From Candidatus Bathyarchaeota archaeon (lineage in GTDB: Archaea > Thermoproteota > Bathyarchaeia > Bathyarchaeales > Bathycorpusculaceae): a stretch of DNA of 64,000 nt. Location: the NCBI GenBank assembly GCA_963811105.1, contig CAWEPZ010000010.1, positions 1 to 64,000 on the forward strand. Reading direction: 5' to 3'. Each line of letters opens with the position of its first letter. Within the stretch, counting starts at the first letter, position 1. Below, piece by piece: positions 33,301 to 43,817 of the stretch. The position numbers and the translations under genes were made by a program. The notes beneath the pieces are model-generated. The model was not told where the DNA came from. It saw only the letters and a list, made by a program, of their open reading frames with translations, and made no database searches.

Positions 33301-33457
33301 CGCACATCAAATGAAAATTCAATTCGAAGTACCTTCAACTATGCATGCGTCACCATTTGGACCTTTATTCGCGATCGTTGTAACTATTCCCGAAATCATT
33401 TTAATCTACACTGTAATAGCTGTCAAACGTTTAAAACGAAAACCTGACAACACGTAG
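30323..33457 (+). CDS. Large secreted, membrane-anchored surface protein with tandem Ig-like repeats
   Basis: Signal peptide; ~5-6 repeats of LDHFVFN...QTAG.AF.ITITAKD; two ITASAG.GG.I.P repeats; PT-rich linker; C-terminal TM and basic tail. Confidence 0.85.
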   Translation: MKKLQILIITLLISLSICALASMPARAQTNTLSQFVFNTVSSPQTAGSAFTVTITAKASNGNTITSYTGTNTLTASSGTITPTTTSAFVAGIWTGQVTLSQAGTGISISTSGGGKSGTTNKITVNPGALARFIFNTVSSPQTAGKTFSIIITAKDANSNTVTSYTGTNTLTTSLGTISQTSTSAFVAGIWTGSVSLSASGSGITIGTSGSSKSGISNSFTVNAGALDHFVFGNIDTQTAGTAFIITITAKDSSGNTVTSYTGTNTLSVSSGTISPTSSGTFSLGVWTGSVSLSASGSGITIGTFGSPKSGTSNLFTVNAVALDHFVFNSVIGPQTAGSAFSITITAKASNGNTIASYNGRPILSVSTGNISPAVTGAFSSGIWTGSVTANGAGSGVAITAIDGSHTGTSNSFTVNSGVVNSLVVSSGTSQVVGVAFSLTVTAKDAYGNTATSYTGRVHFSSSDSGSGVSLPSDYKFLSADLGTHTFSNGATLTTVGSGISVTVTDTVTTSIAGSQTGITLTRAAAVNVVISPSDSSVTAGLSKTFSATASDSYGNNWDVTASTSWSITSGAGGSWSSNIYTSAVAGSWTVTGIYVSNSYTTGLTVNPASLDHFVFNTIASQITSSAFSITIIAKDASNNTVTGYTGKPFLTYSAGSISPINMDPFVSGVGSTSVIVSAAGSGVTIGATDGSHSGTSNSFMVNPTISASAGAGGAITPTGNVSINYGGTQSFNITANAGYYIADVVADNVSLGVVSSYTFTGVQAAHMIIANFAIYTFNITASAGTGGSINPNGSVSVNYNDTQTYIIAVDPGNYIVDVLVNSSSVGAVNSYTFTNVQASYTISATFAPTPTLTPTPTLSPSPTTTQTTAPTPTTKPTNPPTPTPSPTPTSLPTTVLATIDGGVTVEIEIGGNITSLQISNAKITSNQQTNTTTLAFTLNGPNGTAGLGNMTIPKTAVPYGTIIVVYIDDLQATNQGYAQDSDNFYVWYTTEFSAHQMKIQFEVPSTMHASPFGPLFAIVVTIPEIILIYTVIAVKRLKRKPDNT

Positions 33458-34122
33458 CTAACCCTCAAAATTAAGCGCGTTTAGCCAATTGCCAACCAAG
33501 CCTAAACCTTCAAATGGGGAGAGTATCAAATAAAGCTCAAGCCATCACTTAGAGTCTATTTTTTAAACAAAAGGCATTTAACAACCGCCGAAAATTCTTC
33601 CAATTTTAATCAAGAAAAACCTACCAAAACACGCCTTACATTTTCGACATTTTTTGTAGCTTTTATTCTGGTTAGTCGTTACTAGGCTAGTAGTAGCTCT
33701 CTTAATTCACTCTTCTCTATCTCAGATAGCGATTGCAGGAAAGTAAAACCAGTCAAGTGGAGATAACTTCCACAAGTAATGTTTGCGAATTACACGCTGG
33801 CGGCTTTCTTTTTTTCAAAGAAAGGTATTGTTGCTTAGCTACAAGTGCCTCTTCAATTTGTCGCAGCAGCTGGGAACTGGAAATCGTCTTCAAGGCTTCC
33901 GGCAGTGAGCCCTCCATGGGTGCTTGATCCTCTCACAATGCGTGTAAGAAACGGCTTCCATGGTTCACCAATCCAAGAGGACACTTTCGTAAGCGTTGAA
34001 GCCTTCAGCCTACGACTTAGATGTACCAAACTAAATATGTTTTTGAGGCAATTTTAACTAATTAGGCTCAAGTACAGCTTATTCAAAGGTAATTTTTAAA
34101 TCGACTGAATTGGCGACAAAAT

Positions 34123-36090
34123 TCATTTAGTGGAAACGCGCGGGCTGATACTTGTTATTTTCCGGACATTGTCACATCCGCTTTCGGAAGGAGTAGGCAA
34201 AATTATTTGAGAGTTGGACTTCCCACTTGTATGAATTCCAACCAACCCTAATGTTGCAATGCGTGCGGCGCTATCAACTACTACGCCATCTTCAAGGATA
34301 ATTTGTCTTTCTGCATAATTGGCTATCTCTTGATCGTGAGTTATTACTATTATAGTCGTTTTTGTTTCTTCATGAAAATTCTTGATTAACTCCATTACTT
34401 GTTTGCCCGTTTCTGAATCTAGGTCCCCAGTGGGTTCATCCGCAAATAGAACTTTTGGCCTGTTTGTCAGTGCTCTAGCTATAGCGACTCTTTGCATTTG
34501 TCCTCCGCTAAGTTGTGCAGGGTATTGTTTGGCTTGTTTGTCAATTCCAACCCCTTTGAGAAGGTTTTCTATTCTATCTCTCAGGTTTTGGCTTAACCCT
34601 GCCAAATCCGCAGGAAGTGTAACGTTTTCGCGAGTGTTAAAGTGGGGTAGCAAAGCGTAGCTTTGGAAGATAAAGCCCATATCTAAAAGTCTAGCTTTCG
34701 ATTTTTCTGAATCACCCATTTTGCGCAAGTGTTTTTCTTCAAACAGGACAACTCCGTGGTCGGGTTCGTCTATTCCAGCCATGCAGTTGAGAAGAGTAGT
34801 TTTTCCAGCGCCAGAATTGCCAACTATCGATAAGAACTCTCCTTTGTTGACGTCAAGATCTACTCCTCTTAGGGCATAGACTGTTGTTCTTCCAAGATTG
34901 TAGTTTCTAACTAATCCTCGAACGGAAATGATGTATGCCTTTGATACTTCCACGTTTTGGATGGTTTGAGGAGTAAACAGTTTCTTCTGATAGGTGAAAT
35001 ATGGCAGGTCTGATCCAAAGAAGTCTAGCCACATTTTCAATAGTTCGGTTTCAACAAACAAGTCAGAGCTTAATTCAGCTATATTTAGGAGAGCAAGTTT
35101 GAATTCATCTTTTGACTGGATGATTTTAACGCCGTTCTTTGTTTCATCAAAATATTCTTTTATTTGTGTTTGGCATTCTTCGAGGCTTACCTGGACCTCT
35201 GAAAGAAGCCTTTTTCCCAGGTTGTTTTTCCATGACATCTGTCTCAGCACTACCCGGAGATTTTGGCAAGCGTCTTTGAAATTTTGTTTGCTGCAGAAAG
35301 CTTTAGGTTCAATAAATAGTTTGAGAATACTCAAGATGGTTCTTTCCATATTCTGTAGTGCACTGAGTTTAGCTGAGAGAATGCGGAAGAACATTTCAAG
35401 TTTGGCTTGCACCTCGGGGTTGTTGCTTCTGTAATGTGTTCCTTGAAGACCTAAATCTAACCGCTCCAATACGTTTTTCATTTCCTGCAAGCGCAGCAAT
35501 GTAGGGTTGATGAATATCCAGAAGAAATTCAACAACGCCAGTTTGTCAACCATCTCCTCCAAATTCAAATCGGCTTTTGCAGTTGATATGGGAAAGATTT
35601 GAGGTCCAAATCCTGAAAGACGAAACTGAGCTTTATTTTCTTCCTCTATAATCCAAAGTGCAATAACGCTTTTGGTTTGAAGTTTGCAGTATTCAGCTGG
35701 AAGGTCAGAAATTATCTTTCCAAGTCGGAGACTAAAGACTTTGGGAAGTTTAGGATCGATCTCTTCTAGAAAATCCTTAACTATCTGAGCCGTTTCCTTT
35801 AGTTCTTGTTTGGTTCTTAAATATTTTTGCAGGTTTGACTTATTGTTTAGATAATAGCTACTCAGACGCTTAGCTACAATAGCTTCGAGATTCTCTGCCG
35901 TTTTAGCGTCGAAAGTGTCTTTGAGTTGTTTCTCGGCTCCTAAGAAAATAAGAGTGTTGTGTATGTTACTGTTTATTCTTGAATTTGGGATTTTGAGGTT
36001 TTTCTTTAGGTCTGATTGCAGTTTTTTGGACAGTTTCGAGTTTTCTACAGAGACTGATTTATCAATAAGCGCTGAAAAATAGATTTTCAT
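34123..36090 (-). CDS. ABC ATPase (MacB/LolD-like) with a ~385-aa N-terminal extension
   Basis: GNSGAGKT, LSGGQMQR and ADEPTGDLD in the C-terminal half. Confidence 0.85.
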   Translation of the reverse strand: MKIYFSALIDKSVSVENSKLSKKLQSDLKKNLKIPNSRINSNIHNTLIFLGAEKQLKDTFDAKTAENLEAIVAKRLSSYYLNNKSNLQKYLRTKQELKETAQIVKDFLEEIDPKLPKVFSLRLGKIISDLPAEYCKLQTKSVIALWIIEEENKAQFRLSGFGPQIFPISTAKADLNLEEMVDKLALLNFFWIFINPTLLRLQEMKNVLERLDLGLQGTHYRSNNPEVQAKLEMFFRILSAKLSALQNMERTILSILKLFIEPKAFCSKQNFKDACQNLRVVLRQMSWKNNLGKRLLSEVQVSLEECQTQIKEYFDETKNGVKIIQSKDEFKLALLNIAELSSDLFVETELLKMWLDFFGSDLPYFTYQKKLFTPQTIQNVEVSKAYIISVRGLVRNYNLGRTTVYALRGVDLDVNKGEFLSIVGNSGAGKTTLLNCMAGIDEPDHGVVLFEEKHLRKMGDSEKSKARLLDMGFIFQSYALLPHFNTRENVTLPADLAGLSQNLRDRIENLLKGVGIDKQAKQYPAQLSGGQMQRVAIARALTNRPKVLFADEPTGDLDSETGKQVMELIKNFHEETKTTIIVITHDQEIANYAERQIILEDGVVVDSAARIATLGLVGIHTSGKSNSQIILPTPSESGCDNVRKITSISPRVSTK

Positions 36091-36839
36091 TGTTTTATCT
36101 CCACAGAACTGAAGGGTCCTTGTTCGATGCTTGAGATTTTGCCATCACTCATATGAACGATATAATCACATTGTTCAGCAATCCAGCGGTTATGAGTTAC
36201 AAGAATTAGTGTTTGACGATTTATCCGGTTTATTCTGCGGAAAAGGTTCATGACATCTGCGCTTGTTTTGGAGTCCAGATCGCCTGTCGGTTCGTCTCCA
36301 AGAATTATTGCTGGATCATTGATCAAGGCTCGAGCGACTGCTACTCGCTGCTGTTGGCCACCAGACAGTTCATTAGGTAGATGGTATAGTCGATCTCCCA
36401 TTCCGAGCTCTCGAAGCAACATTTTGGCTTGTTCTCTAGATAGTCCAGAATTGACGCCCTTAAGCAACAATGGAGTTTCGACGTTTTCTACTGCAGTTAA
36501 AAATGGAAAGAGATTGAACAATTGAAATATGAAACCTATGTTGTCTCGGCGAAAAGCTGTCATTTGAGCGTCTGACAGAGTGGATGTGGCTACGTGATTG
36601 ATTACAATTTCTCCGCAGGAGCGCCGATCTAAATGACCTATCATGTTCAAAAGGGTGGTTTTCCCGCAGCCTGAAGAACCCATAATTGCCATCATGTCTC
36701 CTTGATTAACCGTCAGGTCTATTCCCTGCAGGGCATGAACTTCATTTGATTTACCCTCGTTGTAACGTTTATGGAGCTCTGAAATTTTCAAAATGGGTTT
36801 TTCTGAGCCCATTTCTTGGGCGATTTTTTCTTTAATCAT
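36087..36839 (-). CDS. ABC transporter ATP-binding protein (LolD/MacB family)
   Basis: GSSGCGKT, LSGGQQQR and DEPTGDLD motifs. Confidence 0.92.
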   Translation of the reverse strand: MIKEKIAQEMGSEKPILKISELHKRYNEGKSNEVHALQGIDLTVNQGDMMAIMGSSGCGKTTLLNMIGHLDRRSCGEIVINHVATSTLSDAQMTAFRRDNIGFIFQLFNLFPFLTAVENVETPLLLKGVNSGLSREQAKMLLRELGMGDRLYHLPNELSGGQQQRVAVARALINDPAIILGDEPTGDLDSKTSADVMNLFRRINRINRQTLILVTHNRWIAEQCDYIVHMSDGKISSIEQGPFSSVEIKQ

Positions 36840-39800
36840 CCAACATACCTCAAAGCTTCTGCTGGTGGAATTCTTGAAGCAATATATGCTGGGATTGAGC
36901 CTGCCCCAATGGCGATAAGAACAATGAAGGAAAGATACAAGCCAAGTTGGTCCCAGGGAATAATTAGGGTCATGTTTTGCAAATTTGCGAAACCTACGCT
37001 AACTAGTAGGCCATTTACAATTCCAATCATCAACCCAATTACTCCAAGTACAACCAGTTCAAGAAGGACTGAAAACATAACCTGTTTTCTCGGGAAGCCT
37101 ATAGCACGCATCATTCCGATTTCTCGTTTTCTTTCAGCAACATTTCTGACGGAGATAACGCCCATACCAACGGCACCGATTACAAGACCAAAAGAGACGT
37201 AGATCTGCAGAAATGACGCGATTCTATTTGTCATTTGAACTGTGGTTTCAATTCTGGCATAGACAAGATTTGAGCTTGCAAAAATGAAGTTGTTCCCTGT
37301 TAAAAGACGATAACTCTGATTGTTGGTGTTGGTATATGCTTCTATTGATTGAGCTATGTTTTCCAGTTTAGGATCAGCGAAATCTAGTTTAGTTTTAATC
37401 AGGTAGGAATCATACTGATTTGGCTCTCTTGAAAAAGCTGTCTTGCCATCCGCCTCACCTAAATAACTTGTTTGATTTGCCCAATACTGTGGCATATACA
37501 CATTTCCTATTATTGCTGAGAAATCGAAATCCCCCGATCCGAAATCAACCGATGTTGCTAAAGGAAAACCTCCACCACGCTGGTTGTCAAGACGACCTCC
37601 AACTGTGAATGCTTGATAAGCTGGGATTCCCTGAGAAGAAGTGTTCATTGGAATCCATATTTGCAAACCAACAGGTAAGATAGATGAATCAGTGAACACC
37701 ATTGGGTTTTTAACAATGCTTTTGTTAGAGTTCAGCAAAGGCGCAACGCCCTTAAGAGAGTCGTCGCTAAATCCTGCTAAAGCCGAACCAAATTTAAGAT
37801 TAGATTGATCTGATTGGCCCGTAATCACGTTTAGAAGATTTGAAGTAACATTATATGCTGCCATCTTGTACTCAGGATCAAAGAACTCGTCCCATGCCTC
37901 TTTGGATAACTGTAGAATTTGAGGATCGGTGAGATCTGAATTTAAAGATTGGCGAACGCCATCAGGAAAAGCGTTTAAGTAGAAATCATAACGCCAGTTT
38001 GATACCGAAGCGTCTGAAGCGTTACCCCTTATCTGTTCGGCTTTAAATTCTACTAGACCTATTGGCAGCATGTCAGTTCTTGCATCAAATCCTTGTGATG
38101 AAGGATCGTTTAAAGCTGAAAACTTGGTATAATCTTTTGGCTTAAACGTCTTGAAACCTATCACATCAGTTATTCGTCCATCTATATTGTAGAGTTGTTG
38201 TGAAAACGAAGTTCCAGGGACAATTGCTTCCGGCTTGCTTAAGAATACCGAGAGATCAATTCCTCGAGATTCTTGTTCTTTCTGAGTTAGAGTTCCAAGG
38301 TTTGTCGGAATTAACGTTGCCACTAGCACATTCAAAGTCAGAATAATCGCGAATATAGCAAAGGTCAAAGTAGAGCGAGTAATGTGGGAAGATATGAGTG
38401 CAGGTGAGATCTGGCCTACACCTTTCAATCCTTTAACCCTAATCAACATGTGTCTTAGACTACGCATTAGAATCGGTAGGTTCAAAGCAACAAACATGAC
38501 TGAGCCGATTATTATCTCGACCATTCCTAAAACCAATATTTCAATCGGAATCCCCACGACATTTGTTATCCAATTTCCCATGGCGAAAACAAACAGGACT
38601 ACGGGCATTATGTAGAGGGTAATCGCAGTTATGTTAAATGCTTTTATCCGACTTATGAATTTGGAGAGAACAATTCCAATGCCACCGGACAGCAAAGCAA
38701 AACCAATCATTAACGCTCTCCACTCTTCCAATGTGTTCCAGCCTTCACTGCTCCAGAATACTTGATACGATTTTTCAAAGACTCCATTGTAGAGCAAAAC
38801 AATGATTCCACAAAGAGCCATTAGCGCTCCCAAAGCTGCTAAGTTACGGCTAGATTTTGTTTTGAAAGCAGTTTTTATTCCTCTCAAAGCCTCAACTATG
38901 TTGACTCTAGAGGCCCGCAACGCAGGAAGAATGCCAGTTACAATACTCAGAACCACTCCTACAACCACGGACAAAATAACTACTTCTTGAGAAATCATAG
39001 GTTTTACACTTAATTCTCCTGTTCCAAACAACTCGGCAAGGTACATGGCCACTGCTTGACCAAACGCTAAGCCTCCAACAAGTCCCAACAAGCCTCCAAT
39101 TACTCCCTGAAACAGATTTTCAATTAATATAGATTGGAAAATTCCTCTTCGATTTTCACCAACCGCCCTCAAAACGCCAGTTTGAAATTCGCGGTCTTCC
39201 ACACTCATGAGTTGCACGTTAGTAATTAGCAAGACACCAGTGAGCATAATTAGGAAACCTAGGGCGGTTAAGATGGTGCTCAATAATGAGATTATGAAAG
39301 CTGCAACTCCGAAGAAATCAAGCCGAGCCGAACTGACCTGATACATTTTTTCGGTCTTTCCTGTTTGTGCATCTATGCTTGTGGGAATTGTTTGCTCAAG
39401 CAGGTTCACTTTGGCTTTCAAATAATCTTCATTAATTTCAGAGGTGAAATGATTTGCTTTCAGAGCTACCAGAAACGCGCTGACTATGTCCGTTTGTTTT
39501 TGAGGGTCCTGTAAACTCAACCACTGTTGCAAATGATCCAATCTAAAGACAACTCCAGGATATTGAGAACCAATTCCCGGACGACTAGAATCAAAAATCC
39601 CAACTATATGCAGCTCTACCCTTGAGGTCTCAGGAACAAATGATACAACCGGCACAACAGATACAAAAGTAATTCCTGTAATATTCACGCTTGCCCGGGT
39701 TCCATTAGAACTCATCATTGCAACATAGAAATCGCCTCTCGTAACTCCTCCAGCATATGGAGCCAGATCAAAAGGTGAAGTATTGAGAGAGGTCGGGTCT

Positions 39801-40648
39801 GTCCAATTTGCTAAATCGATACTTGTTCCATTTGCCAACGAGAACCCTAAAAGAACCTCAGCGTTATCGGTCCCAGTAGCTGTAACATTAACATAAGCGT
39901 AATCCGATAGACTTAATCTGGGACCGTCAGCTGTGAAAATCGTAACCACGCTGTCCGGAGTAGTCGGATTAAGCTCAAGAGAAAGCGTAAGCGCACTGGA
40001 GTCAAGAGTATATGCGCCAGTGGTAAAGTTGGAATTTACCATCCAACCAGACAACGAAACCAACGGTGGCTGCGAAATTACAGCTGAGAGATTGGTAAAT
40101 TCCGTTGTTAAGGTTAAGGGTAAAGATGTGTCCTTGGTTAATCCCATCTTTGTAGCTTCTTTGCTAGACAAGAGCACACTGCTATTGTCTGCCAGAAGAG
40201 CGTTAGTCTGCAATTGGTTTCCTGTTTTCCAATCATAAAAACTTCCGAAAACCTCAGGGTAGTCTGGCAGTACCCCAGCTGCATCCATTTTGGGGTTAAA
40301 CTGACTCTGGATCAGAGCAGGGATCTGCGTTGAAAGGTCAGGCATTATGCCCACCGCTTCAGGCACCAGCGTACGTATTGACTCCAAGTCTGCAGCCTTA
40401 AGGTATGTTCCTCCGGTGGCATTGGAGATTTGAAGATCCACTTCACCTTGACTCTGAAGAAGACTTGTCAGAAACGAATTCTTCAATGTATCAGTAGTGA
40501 TCTGAATTCCAACAAGTAATGTAACTCCTAAAGTCACTGCTAATATTACGCTGAGGTTTTTTGTTTTCCTCCTCGAAAGAGACCGCCACGCAATCAATAG
40601 ACTAGATCTAATACCCATAGTTCCATCAACCAAAACTTTTCCAGTCAT
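36836..40648 (-). CDS. FtsX/MacB-family ABC permease (duplicated domain)
   Basis: Two FtsX motifs (DREFQTGVLRAVG, ERKREIGMMRAIG) and large extracellular domains. Confidence 0.88.
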   Translation of the reverse strand: MTGKVLVDGTMGIRSSLLIAWRSLSRRKTKNLSVILAVTLGVTLLVGIQITTDTLKNSFLTSLLQSQGEVDLQISNATGGTYLKAADLESIRTLVPEAVGIMPDLSTQIPALIQSQFNPKMDAAGVLPDYPEVFGSFYDWKTGNQLQTNALLADNSSVLLSSKEATKMGLTKDTSLPLTLTTEFTNLSAVISQPPLVSLSGWMVNSNFTTGAYTLDSSALTLSLELNPTTPDSVVTIFTADGPRLSLSDYAYVNVTATGTDNAEVLLGFSLANGTSIDLANWTDPTSLNTSPFDLAPYAGGVTRGDFYVAMMSSNGTRASVNITGITFVSVVPVVSFVPETSRVELHIVGIFDSSRPGIGSQYPGVVFRLDHLQQWLSLQDPQKQTDIVSAFLVALKANHFTSEINEDYLKAKVNLLEQTIPTSIDAQTGKTEKMYQVSSARLDFFGVAAFIISLLSTILTALGFLIMLTGVLLITNVQLMSVEDREFQTGVLRAVGENRRGIFQSILIENLFQGVIGGLLGLVGGLAFGQAVAMYLAELFGTGELSVKPMISQEVVILSVVVGVVLSIVTGILPALRASRVNIVEALRGIKTAFKTKSSRNLAALGALMALCGIIVLLYNGVFEKSYQVFWSSEGWNTLEEWRALMIGFALLSGGIGIVLSKFISRIKAFNITAITLYIMPVVLFVFAMGNWITNVVGIPIEILVLGMVEIIIGSVMFVALNLPILMRSLRHMLIRVKGLKGVGQISPALISSHITRSTLTFAIFAIILTLNVLVATLIPTNLGTLTQKEQESRGIDLSVFLSKPEAIVPGTSFSQQLYNIDGRITDVIGFKTFKPKDYTKFSALNDPSSQGFDARTDMLPIGLVEFKAEQIRGNASDASVSNWRYDFYLNAFPDGVRQSLNSDLTDPQILQLSKEAWDEFFDPEYKMAAYNVTSNLLNVITGQSDQSNLKFGSALAGFSDDSLKGVAPLLNSNKSIVKNPMVFTDSSILPVGLQIWIPMNTSSQGIPAYQAFTVGGRLDNQRGGGFPLATSVDFGSGDFDFSAIIGNVYMPQYWANQTSYLGEADGKTAFSREPNQYDSYLIKTKLDFADPKLENIAQSIEAYTNTNNQSYRLLTGNNFIFASSNLVYARIETTVQMTNRIASFLQIYVSFGLVIGAVGMGVISVRNVAERKREIGMMRAIGFPRKQVMFSVLLELVVLGVIGLMIGIVNGLLVSVGFANLQNMTLIIPWDQLGLYLSFIVLIAIGAGSIPAYIASRIPPAEALRYVG

Positions 40649-40665
40649 AACCCCAAAATAAATAA

Positions 40666-41259
40666 TTAAGGTTCACCATAAGCTGGAGTTTTTTGAGCAA
40701 ATCTTTCAAGTTCTTCAGAGCACGCAGCCAAAGTCATAGCTATTTCTTCAGAGTCTTTTTGCGAAAGACTGTCCAGATTATGACGAATAGCCATAAAAGT
40801 GCTAATCAATTTCCTTGCAGGTTCTACTACAGTACACAGTTTTTCCTTATTGGGTTCAAATTGGAATCCCCCAATAAGCATCGGCAAAAGAAACTCCATT
40901 TTGTCCAAGAAATCTTTTCCAAGCTCTATTTGTTTTTCAAAGAATTTGCTACCTTGAATTGTGAAAGTGTAACGTTTAAGCCCATCATTCTCATCGGGTG
41001 ACGCTTTGGTGAAACCTTTATCATGCATCCAAGCTAGTAAAGGGTATATCGAACCAGAACTTGGTTTCCAATGGCCCTTAGTCTGCTTCTCGATTTGCTC
41101 AGAGATTTCCACTCCCGACATAGGCTTTTCGCTTAGCATTTTTAGAACCAGAAGTCTAAGCAAACCTCTGGGAGCGTCAACAGTTTTGCCAAATCGACTC
41201 GAAACCAAAACCACAACACCTGAAGTATCTCCAACGATATCACCTACGACATATAACAT
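40666..41259 (-). CDS. PadR-family transcriptional regulator
   Basis: PRGLLRLLVL...WKPSSGSIYPLL. Confidence 0.85.
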   Translation of the reverse strand: MLYVVGDIVGDTSGVVVLVSSRFGKTVDAPRGLLRLLVLKMLSEKPMSGVEISEQIEKQTKGHWKPSSGSIYPLLAWMHDKGFTKASPDENDGLKRYTFTIQGSKFFEKQIELGKDFLDKMEFLLPMLIGGFQFEPNKEKLCTVVEPARKLISTFMAIRHNLDSLSQKDSEEIAMTLAACSEELERFAQKTPAYGEP

Positions 41260-41411
41260 TTATGAGTTCATAATCAATAGCCAGAATTCACCCCGAACTT
41301 GCTAATTCAACTGAGGACAACATTGAAGGAAAAAATAAGTTGGCTTTGCTAGTTGAAGTACTTTCAAAGATGATTAATGTTTATCCTTAAACTTCAAAAG
41401 CAACTATAAGA

Positions 41412-42656
41412 TTAAACACTTATCCCATTCATCCAGTTAACTCCAGTAGCTTCAGATAGTTCTTTTTTCAGAGCAACGAGATCTTCTAACCCCAGCTTCT
41501 TGATATCATCCTTCCCAACAATTCTCAATAAATTCGCAACTTCTTGATTTGAAACATTAATGAAATTCGTCAGCTTACGAATCCCATCCTCAACATCTAG
41601 TCGCTGTACTAAAACAGGATCATTCGTAGTTACTCCTGTTGGACAGTGTCCTGTATGACAGATTCTGTACTGCTGACAGTTCATCGCAATCAAAGCAGAA
41701 GTCCCGATGTAGACTGCGTCTGCACCAAGGGCAAGACACTTAGCGAAATCGGCTGAGGTTCTCAATCCACCCCCCGCTATCAAACTTACCTTATTCCTTT
41801 CGCCAATCTTCTTCAAATGCCTGTCTGCTCTTGGAAGAGCTATCACAATGGGAATTCCAACATTCTCTCTGACAAAAAATTCGGTAGCCCCAGTTCCCCC
41901 ACCAAAACCATCAAGAGAAATAAAGTCTACACCGCTGTTCGCTAGAATCTCAATATCATTCTCGACATTTCCACAACCTATCTTAGCCCCTATTGGAACT
42001 CCATTAGTTAACCTCCTTAGCCAACTTATTTTTTCCTTAAGCTCATCTTCATTTCTTATATCAGGGTGATGAGCAGGAGAGTATGCGTCCTCTCCTTCTT
42101 TAAGCTCCATCAACTTTGCTACTTCCGGCGACACTTTTTCCGCAGGCAACAGACTCTCCCACCCAGGATACGCGCCCTGGCCAAACCTAATTTCTACCGC
42201 TGAACTTTCCTTTAGAATCGCTTCAGTTGTTCCATACCTTCCTGTGGAGTACTGAACAATAAGAGTTTTTAATGCAATATCCAGCTCTTCTGGCAGAATA
42301 ATATCTTCCCCTGTGTTTAATCCAAGATCCAACTTCGAGGCAACTTTCGCCAGAACCAACCTCACATGTCTGGAAACAGTTCCAAAGCTCATCCCTCCAA
42401 ACATAATTGGAGAGGAAACATTCAGAGGCTTTCTTGCTTCAGGCCCAACAACAACTCTAGTGCTTACCTCTTCACTGCTATTGAGAGGAATTTTGAAAAC
42501 TTGAGCTGGCACAAAATGAAGATCATTAAGAGAAAACGGCATTTTCTTAAGGGAACCCATAGAACAGAGCATACTTGTTCCTTTGTCTGCCACATATCTT
42601 ATTTCGGCCATTGCAGGGCAAAATTCTTTTCTCTCACCTAAACCTATTTTGCTCAT
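41412..42656 (-). CDS. FMN-binding glutamate synthase family protein
   Basis: GMSFG, NTGE, GQGAYPG, DGFGGGTGA and CQQYRICHTGHCPTGV motifs. Confidence 0.88.
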   Translation of the reverse strand: MSKIGLGERKEFCPAMAEIRYVADKGTSMLCSMGSLKKMPFSLNDLHFVPAQVFKIPLNSSEEVSTRVVVGPEARKPLNVSSPIMFGGMSFGTVSRHVRLVLAKVASKLDLGLNTGEDIILPEELDIALKTLIVQYSTGRYGTTEAILKESSAVEIRFGQGAYPGWESLLPAEKVSPEVAKLMELKEGEDAYSPAHHPDIRNEDELKEKISWLRRLTNGVPIGAKIGCGNVENDIEILANSGVDFISLDGFGGGTGATEFFVRENVGIPIVIALPRADRHLKKIGERNKVSLIAGGGLRTSADFAKCLALGADAVYIGTSALIAMNCQQYRICHTGHCPTGVTTNDPVLVQRLDVEDGIRKLTNFINVSNQEVANLLRIVGKDDIKKLGLEDLVALKKELSEATGVNWMNGISV

Positions 42657-43081
42657 AAAATTTAGCTCCCAAGCTTCCTTATTTACGTAACTGTAATCAT
42701 ATATTCAAAGTCACCTCCGTATAATATTAGTGCGTGCTGCTAAAGTTTTTCTCCAACTTCCAAAAGTACAATTTACCAGTACACAAGATTTTATTCAGAT
42801 CGTGCTACTTCAAGATGGACTAAAGTAACTTTAGATTTTGTTGTTCCATTGAATTATTATTGCGATGGTTATGGTTATTCCACAAATGGAGATTTTCTAA
42901 AGGAGATTATGCTACCCCTTCGAGTTGTATTCCTTGGATTCTTTTAGCTTCTGAAAATCCGGCGGCTGAACATGCGTGGATGTGGGTTAGAGATGCTGAA
43001 TTATGCATTAGTTAATTTTGCGATGCTGACTTACTTCATTACATGAACAGGCAGTAACCCTTTAACTGACACCGACCGAAA

Positions 43082-43750
43082 TTACCAAGCCGCAATAACA
43101 ATGTTAAAGTCCCATTGTTGCCCAGGAGGCGCGTCAGGAGAAACGATTAATGTCAGTGTCGAAGTGATTGGCGCATTTGGGCATATGATGATGTTCTCTG
43201 AATCCCACGTTAAAGACAAGTAACTTGGCATATTATGAATAGCCATTGATAGAGTCGCGTTTGTGTTTCCAATATTAGTAATATTCATTGTACGAATTAA
43301 AGTGGCTCCTGGATTCATTTGCCCCCAATCTATTGCTGTTGGATTTGTAGTTATTCCCAATTGCTCAAGGTTGCAAACAACCACAGCTTCGCGCGCTCTT
43401 GGAGAAGGGTCACGCAAGATTACAGTTGGAGCAGATGTATACCCTTCACCTTTATTTAGTAATATCACCTGGTAAATAACACCGCATGAAACTCTTGCAA
43501 CCGCAGTCGCACCTGAACCTCCACCGCCAGTAATCATAACATGTGGAGTCGTATAGTTTTGCCCACCTGACACTACAGTGAATCCGCTGATCACAACAAA
43601 TACATCTGCTTTAGCGCTCAACAAAATTATTGAAACCAACAATACACCAATCAATGTTGCAGCTATTACTGATTTTTTCTTTATCATTGTATTCACATCA
43701 AATAAATGGAGCAGGTAAGAAAACACACTGTTCGAGTTGGTACTTGTCAA
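43082..43750 (-). CDS. Secreted hypothetical protein
   Basis: Signal peptide from MIKKKS; GGGGSGATA and IDWG.M.PG..NIGN Ig-like motif. Confidence 0.7.
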   Translation of the reverse strand: MTSTNSNSVFSYLLHLFDVNTMIKKKSVIAATLIGVLLVSIILLSAKADVFVVISGFTVVSGGQNYTTPHVMITGGGGSGATAVARVSCGVIYQVILLNKGEGYTSAPTVILRDPSPRAREAVVVCNLEQLGITTNPTAIDWGQMNPGATLIRTMNITNIGNTNATLSMAIHNMPSYLSLTWDSENIIICPNAPITSTLTLIVSPDAPPGQQWDFNIVIAAW

Positions 43751-43817
43751 CCAACTTTAATTAAAGACTACGACTTTGCTGCAAAATGCTTCGTACATGC
43801 AAGTTTTTGTTGTTTAT

